64,000 bases of DNA from an uncultured Planctomycetales bacterium (GTDB lineage Bacteria; 4484-113; JAFGCY01), in assembly GCA_964512635.1 (NCBI GenBank), contig CAZEJB010000004.1, positions 51,822-115,821 of the forward strand. Direction: 5' to 3'. The translations under genes and the position numbers were made by a program. Under the pieces are notes generated by a model. That model did not search any database. It worked only from the letters and a program-made list of their open reading frames with translations, and was not told where the DNA came from. Positions 47,693-57,682 of the stretch are shown here, one piece after another. Within the stretch, counting starts at the first letter, position 1; the number at the start of each line of letters is the position of its first letter.

Positions 47693-48634
47693 ATGCCTGA
47701 TTCGCAGGTTGAGCATGCTCTGGCTCACGCGCTTATGAGCCCCGAATCGTTTATGGCCTGCGGCAAGTTAGTTACTCTTGCTTTTTTTGAGCTGATGATC
47801 GCTCGCAGAGTAGATGAAGCCTGGATCCTGGCCGACCGCTTTGCCCGGTTGTTCAGGGAAGCACCTGAACGCTTTCGCGAGGATCCATGGAACAGCAAAA
47901 TGGCGTTCATTCTGTGCCACATCGAATCGGCTGGCGGTTTCTTCATGGCGCGCATGTGCCAGTACGAACGGGCAATTCGTTCATGTGAAAAGGCGCTCGC
48001 CCTTCTCAGGCAGCGGGAGGAGTTTGCACGCTCGCGCAGCGAATGGACAGGATGGACCCAGCCGCGCTGCTATCTGGTCGGTGCACTTGGCTATGTAAAG
48101 TGGCTTAGCCCCAGGTTGCGGGAAGAGGTGCTGACCCCAGAGCAGCTGCTTGATGAATGGAACACCTGCCTGGAAGCATACCTTCACAATGGTGACGAAA
48201 ACAAGAAGCAGACAATGCGCAGCATCATGATCCTCGCCTTTGAAGGTGTAATGCGCTGTGCACTGCTCTTTGGCCTGCTGGATATGAACGCCTACAACGT
48301 TAAGGCACAGGAAGCCCGGCGCGCGTTGCTGGTGGATATTCCGCTGTATCCCCATCTCAGCCCGGAAGAGTTAAGCCTCTCCGTGATGCACCACAGCCAT
48401 CACTATTCTCTCTGCTTCATGCTTGAGGCCTGCTCACCTGCTCCCCAGACAGACAGGCTGCGGGCCTACATGGACATGAACTACCGCACCTGTCTGGCAC
48501 TCAGTCAGGCGCTGTGGAAGCCGCCAATGGGGCCTTTGCTCAAGCGCGACTGTCTGGCGGAGTACCGCATTGTGGCCCGCCGCCTGGCATTACGGGCGCC
48601 CGCGGCCGAGTCTGCAAGCGGCAAGGATAAGTAG
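47693..48634 (+). CDS. hypothetical protein, islet paralog B
   Basis: 313 aa. Collinear with paralog A at an estimated ~45-50% identity by eye. Confidence 0.5.
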   Translation: MPDSQVEHALAHALMSPESFMACGKLVTLAFFELMIARRVDEAWILADRFARLFREAPERFREDPWNSKMAFILCHIESAGGFFMARMCQYERAIRSCEKALALLRQREEFARSRSEWTGWTQPRCYLVGALGYVKWLSPRLREEVLTPEQLLDEWNTCLEAYLHNGDENKKQTMRSIMILAFEGVMRCALLFGLLDMNAYNVKAQEARRALLVDIPLYPHLSPEELSLSVMHHSHHYSLCFMLEACSPAPQTDRLRAYMDMNYRTCLALSQALWKPPMGPLLKRDCLAEYRIVARRLALRAPAAESASGKDK

Positions 48635-48744
48635 CGATAGATTTCGCTCCACGCATGAGGGAACCGGTGAGGGGCCGGATGCAAGCGCAATGGCGCCCGC
48701 ATATGCGACAACAACCTATATGTGTTGTCGTAGGGGGATAAAAG

Positions 48745-48817
48745 TGGGCCGCGAAGGATTCGAACCCTCGACCAAGTGATTAAGAGTCACCTGCTCTACC
48801 AGCTGAGCTAGCGGCCC
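48745..48817 (-). tRNA. tRNA-Lys (anticodon CTT)
   Basis: Reverse complement GGGCCGC-TA-GCTCAGCTGGTAGAGC-A-GGTGA-CTCTTAA-TCACT-TGGTC-GAGGGTTCGAATCCTTC-GCGGCCC-A. CCA not encoded. Confidence 0.85.
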
Positions 48818-49023
48818 GCAGGGGGGAGATTGTATCGCGGGAAATCCCAAATGGCAAACTGCCGGGACCAGAATTTCAGGAATCTGCCCCTTGAAGTTCT
48901 GGCTGGCTTTAGAGCAGCATGCATAGCGGGGCATCCACCGGTGCGCCACCCAGGTCTTTCAGCGAGTCATCAAAAGCGCCGAGATTTCTCCTGCATTTAC
49001 TTATCTGCTAAACTCGCTGGCTC

Positions 49024-52000
49024 TTGTTTAGTCCCTGGGAAAAGCTGGTCGCCAACTTTGACGCTGCATTGAATGCTGTGGGGCTCGACGCGCCTGCTTC
49101 ATCGCTTCCTGCGCGCATAACCGATTTGCGTGCTTCCAGCCTGTTCTTCTTTGCGCTGCATCTGCAGCAACGTAGCGGGCTGCCACTGCTTCTGATCACC
49201 GAAACAACTGCCAGGGCAGCGCGGATGCAACAGTTTCTGGCTGCGGCAGAGCGCCTGGTTAATGAGCGCGAGCCAGCCCCCTGGGAGTTCATGGTCTTTC
49301 CGGACTTTGAGCCCCAGAACCTATTTGAATATTTCGATCCCCCGCTGGAACTGATGGAAGCCCGCGGCGCCGTTATGGACAGTCTCCGCCCTGGATCTCG
49401 CAAGACACCAAGAGTGATAGTAACCAGCTATAAGGCACTGTTCAGGATGGTGCCCGAGCCCGAGGCATTTTTTCGACAGCACCTCGACCTCGCCCCGAGC
49501 TCCGGCAGCGGCGGTCCGGCTGGTCTTACCCGCCGCATTGGGCGCGACGAACTTGCACGCCAGCTTGAGCTGCTGGGCTATCGTCAGGTCTCCACTGTAA
49601 CGGCTCTTGGGGAATACGCACTGCGCGGCGGGCTGGTAGACGTTTTTCCCGTTGGTGAGGAGTTACCGCTGCGCGTCGACCTGTTTGGCGACGAGATCGA
49701 GAGTATCCAGCGCTTTAGCCCGGAGACCCAGCGCAGTACCGAAACAAGCGACAGCCTGCGGATCCTGCCGATCGCGCTCGAGAGCGCGCATCTGCGGCAG
49801 CGTGAAGTCCAGGAATGGCTTCGCGATCGCTGGGACGGATACCGCCAGACCTATCGTGACCAGCTAAGCCGCAGCGCCTACGATCGCCTTATTGAGGTGG
49901 TGGAGCAGGATCTGGAGTTGCTGGCCGCAGGCGGCACGACCCCGCGGGCGGGTTGGTATTACCAGGCTACCTGCAGTAATGGCGCCACACTCTGGGACTA
50001 CCTGCCGGAGGGCGCCCCAGTGCTGGTTCACGAAGACGGCTTTGTCGACAGTGAGACCAGCAGCTACTTTCGCTTCTGGCAGAATCGCTATGTCGACTGG
50101 CTGGCCAGCGGCCTCAGTTTTCTGCGGCTCGAGGACAGCTATGTCCAGCCCGCCAGCGGGATTGTGGATACGATGCAGGAGCTGGCCCGCGGCCGTTTTG
50201 TCAGCGTTGGGCTGGAAGGTGAAGAGGAGATACAGGTGCCTCAGGTGCGGCCGCTGTTCAGCCACGCCTTTGGCCTGAGTCATGCCGACAGCCTGCCTAA
50301 TGCGAGCGTCGGACTCGACTCTCCGCCTCCGGCGAAGTGGGGCACAGCGCGTATCGTGGAGACAGTCAAGGCCTTCCCAAAGCTAACAAGAGGAACCACA
50401 GGGCTGGACCAGGGGCCGGCAGCCCGTATCACGCGTATAGACAGGCCGTTGACTGTGCTGACACAGTTCAGCGCTCGTCTGCGCGAGCTGCTACATGACG
50501 AGACCCTCTATCCCGAGATAGACAATGCCATCCTGCCGGGTGGATTTGTTGTCCCTGCTGGCGGCGACACGCATGATCCTGATTGGACAGTAATCACGGA
50601 TGTCGAGATCTTCGGCGAGATTGCCGAGGTGGCCGAGGCGCCGCCGATCAGGCGTTACCGCGGCGAGTCGGTTCGCCGTCCGGATGAGCTGAACCCGGGC
50701 GACTTCGTAGTGCACATCGACTATGGTATCGGACGTTTTGCCCAGCTTACCGACCGGGCCCAGGCCGGCGTAACCAAAAGTTATGTTGAGGTAGAGTACG
50801 CGGGACGTGACCGGCTCTACGTTCCGGTCGAACAACTCGACCGTCTGCGACGCTACAGCTTTGATGGTACTACGCCGACGCTGAACAACCTTGGACGGGA
50901 GCAGTGGAAGAAGACCAAGGAGAAGGTGGCCGCCGAGACGCTTGAGCTGGCCAAGAAGCTACTGGCGCTGTATAAGACCCGCCAGGTACGCAGCGGACAT
51001 GCCTATGTGCAGCACACGACCTGGGAAGATGAGTTCGCTGAGGGCTTCCCTTATGACCTGACAGGCGACCAGATCAGCGCCTGGACCGATGTTGAGCAGG
51101 ACATGGAGAACCCGCGGCCGATGGACCGCCTGCTCTGCGGCGACGTAGGTTTCGGCAAGACCGAGATTGCAATGCGCGCGGCCTTTAAGGCCTGTGTCGA
51201 CGAGCGGCAGGTGCTGGTGCTCTGCCCGACCACCGTACTGGCCGACCAGCACCATCACACCTTCACTCAGCGTTTCAGGCCCTTTCCATTCCGCGTTGGC
51301 ATACTGAGCCGTTTCCAGGGCCCCAAGGAACAGCGCGAGACCGTGGATATGGTCAAGGACGGAAGGCTTGATGTGCTGATCGCTACCCACCGCGGACTCA
51401 GCAAGGATGTCGAGTTCAAGCGTCTGGGACTGATGATCATTGACGAGGAACAGCGCTTTGGCGTCAAGCAGAAGGAGAAGCTCAAGATGCGCTTCCCGCT
51501 GGTTGATGTGCTGGCGATGAGCGCGACGCCGATCCCGCGTACGTTGCACATGAGCCTGATCGGCCTGCGCGACATCAGTCTGATTGAAACCGCGCCGGTG
51601 GCCCGCAAGCCGGTGAAGACCTACGTCGGCGAGTACGACGACATGCTGGTGCGTGAAGCATTGCTGCGCGAGCTGGGTCGCGGTGGGCAGATCTATTATC
51701 TGCACAACAGGGTGCAGGATATCGAGCGGGTTAAGGCCCACCTTGAGTATCTTGTACCGGGCGAGAAGATCATCATCGCTCACGGTCAGATGAAAGACGA
51801 GAAGCTGGAAGAGGTAATGCACGCCTTCAGTCTCGGCGCCTACAAGATCATGCTGGCGACGACGATCATCGAGAACGGCCTGGACATACCAAGTGTCAAC
51901 ACGATCATCCTTGATCATGCTGAGAACCTCGGCCTGGCCCAGATGCACCAACTCCGGGGCCGCGTGGGCCGCAGCTCGGCGCAGGCCTACGCCTATTTCT

Positions 52001-52716
52001 TCCATGACCCCCAGCGCGTGCTGACTGAGGAAAGCCAAAGCCGACTGCATGCGATTTACAACTATGCCTATCTTGGTGCGGGTTACGAGATCGCCCAGAG
52101 CGATCTGCGCATCCGCGGCGCGGGAAACCTGCTTGGTGCGGAACAGAGCGGTCTGGCCAAGGCAGTCGGTTTTGAGTACTACTGCGAAATGCTTGCGCGG
52201 ACTATTCGCGATATCAAAGAGCTGTCAGACGCTGGCCTCGATGCGCTCGACGAACTGCCAAGCATGGAGGAGCGGCCAGGCACGCAAATCGATCTGCCTT
52301 TGCCCTGCTTCATCCCGCCCGACTACATTGAAGACCCGGTGCTGCGCTTAGAGGTACTCAGGGATCTTGCCGCGCTGGAGAACGATCAGGCTGCGGAAGA
52401 CTTTGAGGCAAGTCTTGAAGACCGCTTCGGGGATCTCCCACAGCAGGTCGGCAACCTGCTTCTAGTGATTCGCCTGCGCAATCTGGGAAGTGCACTGGCC
52501 CTGGAGCGGGTAGGGTACAACCGCACGAAGAGCACCTTTACGCTGAAGTTCTTTGACAGCGAAAAGGACTGGTTCAAGCGCGCCGTACTGCTTGACAGCC
52601 GCTTCAGCCCGGCAGGCCCGCATCTGCTGGAGCTGCGGCTCGAGTTTACCGGGATCAAAAGTGCGGTTGAGCTCTATGAGACCCTGGAAGGATTGCTGCA
52701 GCTGAGACCAAAGTAG
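49024..52716 (+). CDS. mfd: transcription-repair coupling factor Mfd
   Basis: 1230 aa. RNAP-interacting/TRG region. Superfamily-2 helicase motifs GDVGFGKTEIAMRAAF, DEEQRFGV, SATPIPRT, LRGRVGRS. C-terminal TRCF domain. Confidence 0.88.
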   Translation: MFSPWEKLVANFDAALNAVGLDAPASSLPARITDLRASSLFFFALHLQQRSGLPLLLITETTARAARMQQFLAAAERLVNEREPAPWEFMVFPDFEPQNLFEYFDPPLELMEARGAVMDSLRPGSRKTPRVIVTSYKALFRMVPEPEAFFRQHLDLAPSSGSGGPAGLTRRIGRDELARQLELLGYRQVSTVTALGEYALRGGLVDVFPVGEELPLRVDLFGDEIESIQRFSPETQRSTETSDSLRILPIALESAHLRQREVQEWLRDRWDGYRQTYRDQLSRSAYDRLIEVVEQDLELLAAGGTTPRAGWYYQATCSNGATLWDYLPEGAPVLVHEDGFVDSETSSYFRFWQNRYVDWLASGLSFLRLEDSYVQPASGIVDTMQELARGRFVSVGLEGEEEIQVPQVRPLFSHAFGLSHADSLPNASVGLDSPPPAKWGTARIVETVKAFPKLTRGTTGLDQGPAARITRIDRPLTVLTQFSARLRELLHDETLYPEIDNAILPGGFVVPAGGDTHDPDWTVITDVEIFGEIAEVAEAPPIRRYRGESVRRPDELNPGDFVVHIDYGIGRFAQLTDRAQAGVTKSYVEVEYAGRDRLYVPVEQLDRLRRYSFDGTTPTLNNLGREQWKKTKEKVAAETLELAKKLLALYKTRQVRSGHAYVQHTTWEDEFAEGFPYDLTGDQISAWTDVEQDMENPRPMDRLLCGDVGFGKTEIAMRAAFKACVDERQVLVLCPTTVLADQHHHTFTQRFRPFPFRVGILSRFQGPKEQRETVDMVKDGRLDVLIATHRGLSKDVEFKRLGLMIIDEEQRFGVKQKEKLKMRFPLVDVLAMSATPIPRTLHMSLIGLRDISLIETAPVARKPVKTYVGEYDDMLVREALLRELGRGGQIYYLHNRVQDIERVKAHLEYLVPGEKIIIAHGQMKDEKLEEVMHAFSLGAYKIMLATTIIENGLDIPSVNTIILDHAENLGLAQMHQLRGRVGRSSAQAYAYFFHDPQRVLTEESQSRLHAIYNYAYLGAGYEIAQSDLRIRGAGNLLGAEQSGLAKAVGFEYYCEMLARTIRDIKELSDAGLDALDELPSMEERPGTQIDLPLPCFIPPDYIEDPVLRLEVLRDLAALENDQAAEDFEASLEDRFGDLPQQVGNLLLVIRLRNLGSALALERVGYNRTKSTFTLKFFDSEKDWFKRAVLLDSRFSPAGPHLLELRLEFTGIKSAVELYETLEGLLQLRPK

Positions 52717-52730
52717 ATTTGGGATGCCTG

Positions 52731-53882
52731 CTAGGTCCCGGTGTTGTCTTCCTCTGCGCCTTCAGCTTTTTCCGGTGACTCAGAGCTCTTCGATGTGTCC
52801 GGCGCGAGATTGGTTCCGTTCTTCTTACTGACGAAGCGCTGCATCTCCATCGGTGTGAAAGGAAGAATGTCTGCCGGCTTTTCGCCCTTGAAAATGTCGC
52901 TGATCAGGTCAAGCGCGCCGCGGGCATGTTCGGATGGAACCAGTCGCAGGCTGAGTGCGCCTGTGCCATCGAGCAGCGACGGGCCCAGCACGACGATTTT
53001 CTTTTCGATATCTTTGAAGATGTCTTGAGGGCAGGGCTTTGCCTGCAGTGCGGCCGGCGCACTGTCAATCTGAAAGCCGCAGATCACCAGAGCTTCAGCA
53101 TCCTTCTGACTGTGGGCTTGCTGGCGCAGCGTGTCCCAGGAGTCTATGGCCGGAGGTGGTTCCTGATTGATGCTGCCGGGCTGCAGCAGGTCCATTTGCT
53201 GGCGGAACTGCTCGCGCTGGGACTGGCCGGCAGTGCTGCTGTCGGACAACAGCGCCAGGGACGCTGCCTCGGGATGGTCGCGCCAGATCTCGGTGATGAC
53301 CTTGGGCAGGCTGTAACGCTGGTAGACCCCGGTAACCTGGCGGCTGTCCTCATAGTAGAAGTCCCGTTCGCCAACCGTGCCGCTGAAAACAATGGGCAGG
53401 TCCGCCGGCAACTCGCGACCGATCATGAACTGGGCCTGATCACCGTCAAGCCAGACGAGTTCCGGCTTCAGGCCGACAATCCAGTTGCGGGCCTCCTCGC
53501 CCAGCACTTGCTGGCTGAGCAGGTCTGAAACTCCGGTCAGGCCGCTGAGTGCAATGCTGACTTCAACAGGCTGGCTCTTGAAGCTGCCGGTGTAGGGGCC
53601 ATATATGTCGAGGTGCTGGCTCTGGCTGTACTTCGACCAGGGATCAAAGCCTAGTTCAGTGCCGATGGTGTTGATAAACTCACTGGCCCAGGGGTCGCTT
53701 TCGGTGGCATCAAATGCAATTGCGATGCGGCGGGCCCGCCCCGCCGGCGGAGCAGCGGTGCCGCTGGACGCAGCCGTTCCACCTTTGGCGCTTCCAGGCT
53801 TGCCTGACTGCCGACATGCGCCAAGAGCGCTGATGCACAGCAGGGCGAGCAGGACAATGGCGATGACACGTCGAGAATGCAT
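52731..53882 (-). CDS. hypothetical lipoprotein
   Basis: MHSRRVIAIVLLALLCISALGAC lipobox. ~360-aa mature protein with no motif recognised. Possibly periplasmic binding-protein-like. Confidence 0.4.
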   Translation of the reverse strand: MHSRRVIAIVLLALLCISALGACRQSGKPGSAKGGTAASSGTAAPPAGRARRIAIAFDATESDPWASEFINTIGTELGFDPWSKYSQSQHLDIYGPYTGSFKSQPVEVSIALSGLTGVSDLLSQQVLGEEARNWIVGLKPELVWLDGDQAQFMIGRELPADLPIVFSGTVGERDFYYEDSRQVTGVYQRYSLPKVITEIWRDHPEAASLALLSDSSTAGQSQREQFRQQMDLLQPGSINQEPPPAIDSWDTLRQQAHSQKDAEALVICGFQIDSAPAALQAKPCPQDIFKDIEKKIVVLGPSLLDGTGALSLRLVPSEHARGALDLISDIFKGEKPADILPFTPMEMQRFVSKKNGTNLAPDTSKSSESPEKAEGAEEDNTGT

Positions 53883-53904
53883 GAGGCCGGGATTGTAGCG
53901 GAGG

Positions 53905-55185
53905 TCAGACCAGGGCCTTTAGTTCGGCCAGGCTGGCCGAGCGCGGTCGCATGATCGGCGTTCCGAGTGCACGGTTTAACACCAGCTGCGCCAGCATACC
54001 GATGGACAGTCCAAGGCCGAACATCACCGTGTAGTAACGCAGTTCTGTCAGTCCATAGTGGTACAGCAGCGGCCCCGTGATGGCGTCAACGTTCGGTTGC
54101 ACGCTTTTGGCCTTGCCCTGTCTTGCCAGAACCCTTGGCCCGACCTGGTAATACAGATCTGCGAGCTGAAAGAGCGTATCGTCCTGAATATGCTGGTGCG
54201 CAAAGCGGTGCAAGGCGCTATAGCGCGGATCAGTGCTGCGCAGGACCGCATGCCCAAAACCTGGCAGGACGCGTCCGCTTTCCAGAACATCCCAGCAGTA
54301 GCGCTCGATGGCTCCGGCCTCCACTTGCCCGTTCAGTTCTTCCTGCATCCGCAGTACAAAGCGCAGTGTCATCTCCGAAGCCAGCCCGTGGATCGGTCCG
54401 GCCAGTGCGTTAAAGCCGGCGCTAACTGCGTAATAGGCATCGCTATGCGCCGAGCCGACTGTGTGGCAGGCGAGAGCACAGGCATTGGAACCTTCGTGGT
54501 CGCTGTGCAACACGAAGTAGAGGCGCAGCAGATCAGCAAAGCTGCGGGCTGCCGGCGCACTATGGGTCAGTCCCAGCATTACAGCAAAACGCTGGCTCCA
54601 TTCTCCGGTTGCCGGGCTCTCTGCCGCAGCCCGGACGCGCCCGGAATCCCGTTGCCAGACTGCCGCGGCGAGAACAGGAAGCTGCGCCAAAAGGTTCAGA
54701 GCGTCCTCGAGCGTCGCCCGCCAAAGGGTTTCCTTGCTTAGCTCGTGGTAGTCACGAGCCTGAGTCGAATAGCGCTGGAGGCCCAGAGTCAGCAGGCTGA
54801 ACAGCACCATCGGGTGTGTATTCGGAGGCGCTGCGGCCAGTTCCTCCCAAACCTGGGCTGGCAGCCTGGCGCGGGAGGCAAGCTCGGCGCGCAGCCATTC
54901 CCGCTGTCCATCGGCTGGAAGTTCACCGCAGAGCAGCAGCCAAAAAATCTCTTCAACACTAAGCTGCGTCAGTTCCAGTACAGGCCGGCCGCGGATAAGC
55001 AGACCCCGCTGTGGATCAACCACCGAGGTGTCACAAATCACCCCAATCACGCCACGCATGCCGCCATAGACCTGGCCCACAGATACTGCACCGATGGACA
55101 GCTCTCCGTGGCCGGACATCAGTTCGGATCGCTCGGCGCGCCAGCCTGGGACAAGTTCACTCAGACGCTCGTGAAGAAGTGTCAC
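53905..55185 (-). CDS. gltA: citrate synthase family protein
   Basis: SVGQVYGGMRGV and LHSDHEGSNACA (catalytic His) follow the citrate synthase pattern. 426 aa. Confidence 0.75.
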   Translation of the reverse strand: MTLLHERLSELVPGWRAERSELMSGHGELSIGAVSVGQVYGGMRGVIGVICDTSVVDPQRGLLIRGRPVLELTQLSVEEIFWLLLCGELPADGQREWLRAELASRARLPAQVWEELAAAPPNTHPMVLFSLLTLGLQRYSTQARDYHELSKETLWRATLEDALNLLAQLPVLAAAVWQRDSGRVRAAAESPATGEWSQRFAVMLGLTHSAPAARSFADLLRLYFVLHSDHEGSNACALACHTVGSAHSDAYYAVSAGFNALAGPIHGLASEMTLRFVLRMQEELNGQVEAGAIERYCWDVLESGRVLPGFGHAVLRSTDPRYSALHRFAHQHIQDDTLFQLADLYYQVGPRVLARQGKAKSVQPNVDAITGPLLYHYGLTELRYYTVMFGLGLSIGMLAQLVLNRALGTPIMRPRSASLAELKALV

Positions 55186-55252
55186 GTTTCAATTGTATGC
55201 GGGAGGGGCGGCTAAAGCTGGCGCTGTGCGATTTTCCGAAAAACCGACACTT

Positions 55253-55738
55253 CTACTCGAAATCTACCAGCAAATCACCGGGCATAACCCGGTCGCCAGC
55301 GGCTTTCCTGAATGCAATCACCCTGCCGTTGGCCGGGGCCAGCACTTCATGCTCCATCTTCATTGCCTCAAGGATCAGCAAAGGCTGACCCTTGTGGACC
55401 TGCTCGCCGGGCTCGGCAAGCAAGGCAAGAACCTTGCCGGGCATCTTGCTGGTCAGGTCGCCAGGGCCGGCGGAGGATGTGCTGCTGGTTTCGCCTGGTT
55501 CAACAGCCTTGAACACAAAGCGCTGACCATCCAGCCAAAGCTCAAAGCCGCCTGGAACTGCCAGCAGATCAGCACTGATCCTCCGGCCTTCAAGCACGAA
55601 GCTCAGACGACCGGCATCGTGCTCAAGGCCGCTGATCGGCAGCGCGCGGCCGTCGATACGGACTTCAGCGCCACCGTCCGCAGTGCGCCGGAGACTTAGC
55701 TCATGCTGTTCGCTTCTGCACAAAAATCTGCGGTTCAT
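55253..55738 (-). CDS. biotin carboxyl carrier (biotinyl-domain) protein, C-terminal piece of an acyl-CoA carboxylase alpha subunit
   Basis: Biotinylation motif ILEAMKMEHEV. The N-terminal half resembles the BT/hammerhead linker of PCC/MCC alpha subunits. Start ATG overlaps the stop of the biotin carboxylase ORF (ATGA). Confidence 0.7.
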   Translation of the reverse strand: MNRRFLCRSEQHELSLRRTADGGAEVRIDGRALPISGLEHDAGRLSFVLEGRRISADLLAVPGGFELWLDGQRFVFKAVEPGETSSTSSAGPGDLTSKMPGKVLALLAEPGEQVHKGQPLLILEAMKMEHEVLAPANGRVIAFRKAAGDRVMPGDLLVDFE

Positions 55739-57264
55739 ACATTGCTCCAGTCGCCCATGCTCTGCCAGGGAGAAAGCAGGGCAGCGGGAGTTTCCGCGTT
55801 TGCACTCCCTCTTCCGGCGGAGGACTGTGGCGATGCAGCTGCGACGGCAGCAGCCAGCCAGACGCGGTCGCCCGGCGGCCTTGAGCTCCAGCCTTCAAGG
55901 TGCTCCGAGATAAAGCTGGTGCTCAGCTCACCAGCCTGGAAAGCCGGGTGCGCGAGAATCGCCTGGAGGTATTCCGAGTTAGTGGTCAGTCCCAGGACAG
56001 CGTAATCACGAAGGGCCTGGCTGGCACGCTGAATTGCAGTGTTGCGGTCCTGGCCGTGAACAATCAGCTTCGACAGAAGTGGGTCATAGTCGCTGCCAAC
56101 CTCCCAGCCTTCGAACAATGCAGTGTCCACCCGCACTCCGGGGCTTTGCGGCTCGCGATAAAGCCCTACGCGGCCGACCTGTGGCAGGAAGTTCTCTGCC
56201 GGGTCCTCGGCGCAGAGCCGGCATTCTATTGCGTGCCCGCGAGGGACGAGATCTTCCTGGCGCAGGGAGAGTTCCTCACCGGCGGCAATGCGCAGCTGCC
56301 AATGGACAAGGTCGACGCCATAAGCCAGTTCGGTGACCGGGTGTTCGACCTGCAGGCGCGTGTTCATCTCAAGGAAGTAGTAGTGCTGGCCGAGGGCATC
56401 CTGGCCCAGGATGAACTCCACTGTGCCAGCGCCCTCGTAGCCAACCGCGCGGGCAAGCGCCACGGCATCAGCGCCCATCCGTGTACGCAGCTCGGGGCCA
56501 ACGGAGCTGCTGGGGGCCTCTTCGATGATCTTCTGGTAACGGCGCTGAATCGAGCATTCCCTTTCACCAAGGTGGACTATCTGGCCGTGCTTGTCAGCCA
56601 GGAGCTGAATCTCGATGTGGCGTGGCCGGGTGATGAACTTCTCCAGATAGACCGCAGGGTTTCCAAAGGCGGCCTGGGCCTCGCGCCGTGCTGCGGCTAG
56701 AGCCTCATCAAGGCGTTCCGGGACCTCCACCAGGCGCATGCCTTTGCCGCCGCCTCCTGCGCTGGCCTTTACCAGAAGGGGATAGCCGAGCGTCGCACCA
56801 GCCTCGAGCAGCATGCTGACTGCTTCTTCTGCAGATGCATCGGCTGGCAGTTCATATCCTGGAACCACTGGCACCCCGGCGGCCTGCGCGGTAGCGCGAG
56901 ACTCAACCTTGAGCCCCATCCCTCGGATAGCCGCTGGCGGCGGGCCGATCCAGGCCAGGCCTGCATCGATTACCGCCTGGGCGAAGGCGTCGTTTTCGGA
57001 CAGAAAGCCATAGCCCGGGTGGACACTGTCGCAGCCAGTCTCCGCTGCCACTGCCAGCAGCTTGTCGCCGCAGAGGTAGCTTTCGCGTGGTGGAGCCGGA
57101 CCGATCAGGCGCGACTGGTCGGCCAGACGTACATGCAGGGCACGGGCGTCCGGCTCGCTATAGACCGCCACAGTGGCAATGCCGAGTTCGCGGCAGGCGC
57201 GGATAATCCGCACCGCGATCTCACCACGATTGGCGATTAGAACGCGTGTAAGCTTCGGGCTGAT
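55735..57264 (-). CDS. biotin carboxylase (ATP-grasp) subunit of an acyl-CoA/acetyl-CoA carboxylase
   Basis: VRIIRACRELGIATVAVYSEPD and ATP-grasp motifs. The track starts at GTG 57213, but the conserved KLTRVLIANRGEIA runs in frame upstream to ~57264 with no ATG/GTG/TTG, so the start is non-canonical or there is a local sequence error. Confidence 0.8.
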   Translation of the reverse strand: MSPKLTRVLIANRGEIAVRIIRACRELGIATVAVYSEPDARALHVRLADQSRLIGPAPPRESYLCGDKLLAVAAETGCDSVHPGYGFLSENDAFAQAVIDAGLAWIGPPPAAIRGMGLKVESRATAQAAGVPVVPGYELPADASAEEAVSMLLEAGATLGYPLLVKASAGGGGKGMRLVEVPERLDEALAAARREAQAAFGNPAVYLEKFITRPRHIEIQLLADKHGQIVHLGERECSIQRRYQKIIEEAPSSSVGPELRTRMGADAVALARAVGYEGAGTVEFILGQDALGQHYYFLEMNTRLQVEHPVTELAYGVDLVHWQLRIAAGEELSLRQEDLVPRGHAIECRLCAEDPAENFLPQVGRVGLYREPQSPGVRVDTALFEGWEVGSDYDPLLSKLIVHGQDRNTAIQRASQALRDYAVLGLTTNSEYLQAILAHPAFQAGELSTSFISEHLEGWSSRPPGDRVWLAAAVAAASPQSSAGRGSANAETPAALLSPWQSMGDWSNV

Positions 57265-57536
57265 GTGGGTATTGTAAGTCGGGGACGCCGGCGGCGTCCG
57301 ACCAGAGGTGGGAAATCAAGCTGACCAGGTATTAGCCCCTGCGCGCGTGAACGGATGTATTTTCTGCCCAAGTGATGCTCTCCGTCCAAACGCGCAGGGA
57401 CCACCTCTCCGCACGGCCGGGCGCCGTCGCGTCCCTGCCACTGCAATTCAAGACGTGTGAAGTTTAGGGCCTGTTACAAGAACCGAAGGCCAAATTGGGG
57501 AGTTTGCCGCTGCAGCACTGGGCTGGCGGCGGTTGC

Positions 57537-57612
57537 TGGTGGGCCCGGCAGGATTCGAACCCGCGACCAAGAGATTATGAGTCTCCTGCTCTAACCGCTG
57601 AGCTACAGGCCC
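57537..57612 (-). tRNA. tRNA with CAT anticodon (elongator Met, or Ile2/lysidine type)
   Basis: Reverse complement GGGCCTGTAGCTCAGCGGTTAGAGCAGGAGACTCATAATCTCTTGGTCGCGGGTTCGAATCCTGCCGGGCCCACCA. Lacks the initiator features (C1:A72 mismatch, 3 GC pairs in the anticodon stem). Confidence 0.8.
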
Positions 57613-57682
57613 CCGCAGATAAGTCTATAACAGTGCTGTGCCCCAGGTGATTGGAGCTGCTTCAGGGATCGGGCAGAGTTTG

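Noticed and set aside
57537-57612. Initiator tRNA-fMet
   Set aside because: The 5' end is GGGCC with a fully paired acceptor stem, and the anticodon stem lacks three consecutive G-C pairs. It is an elongator Met or an Ile2 (lysidine) CAT tRNA instead.
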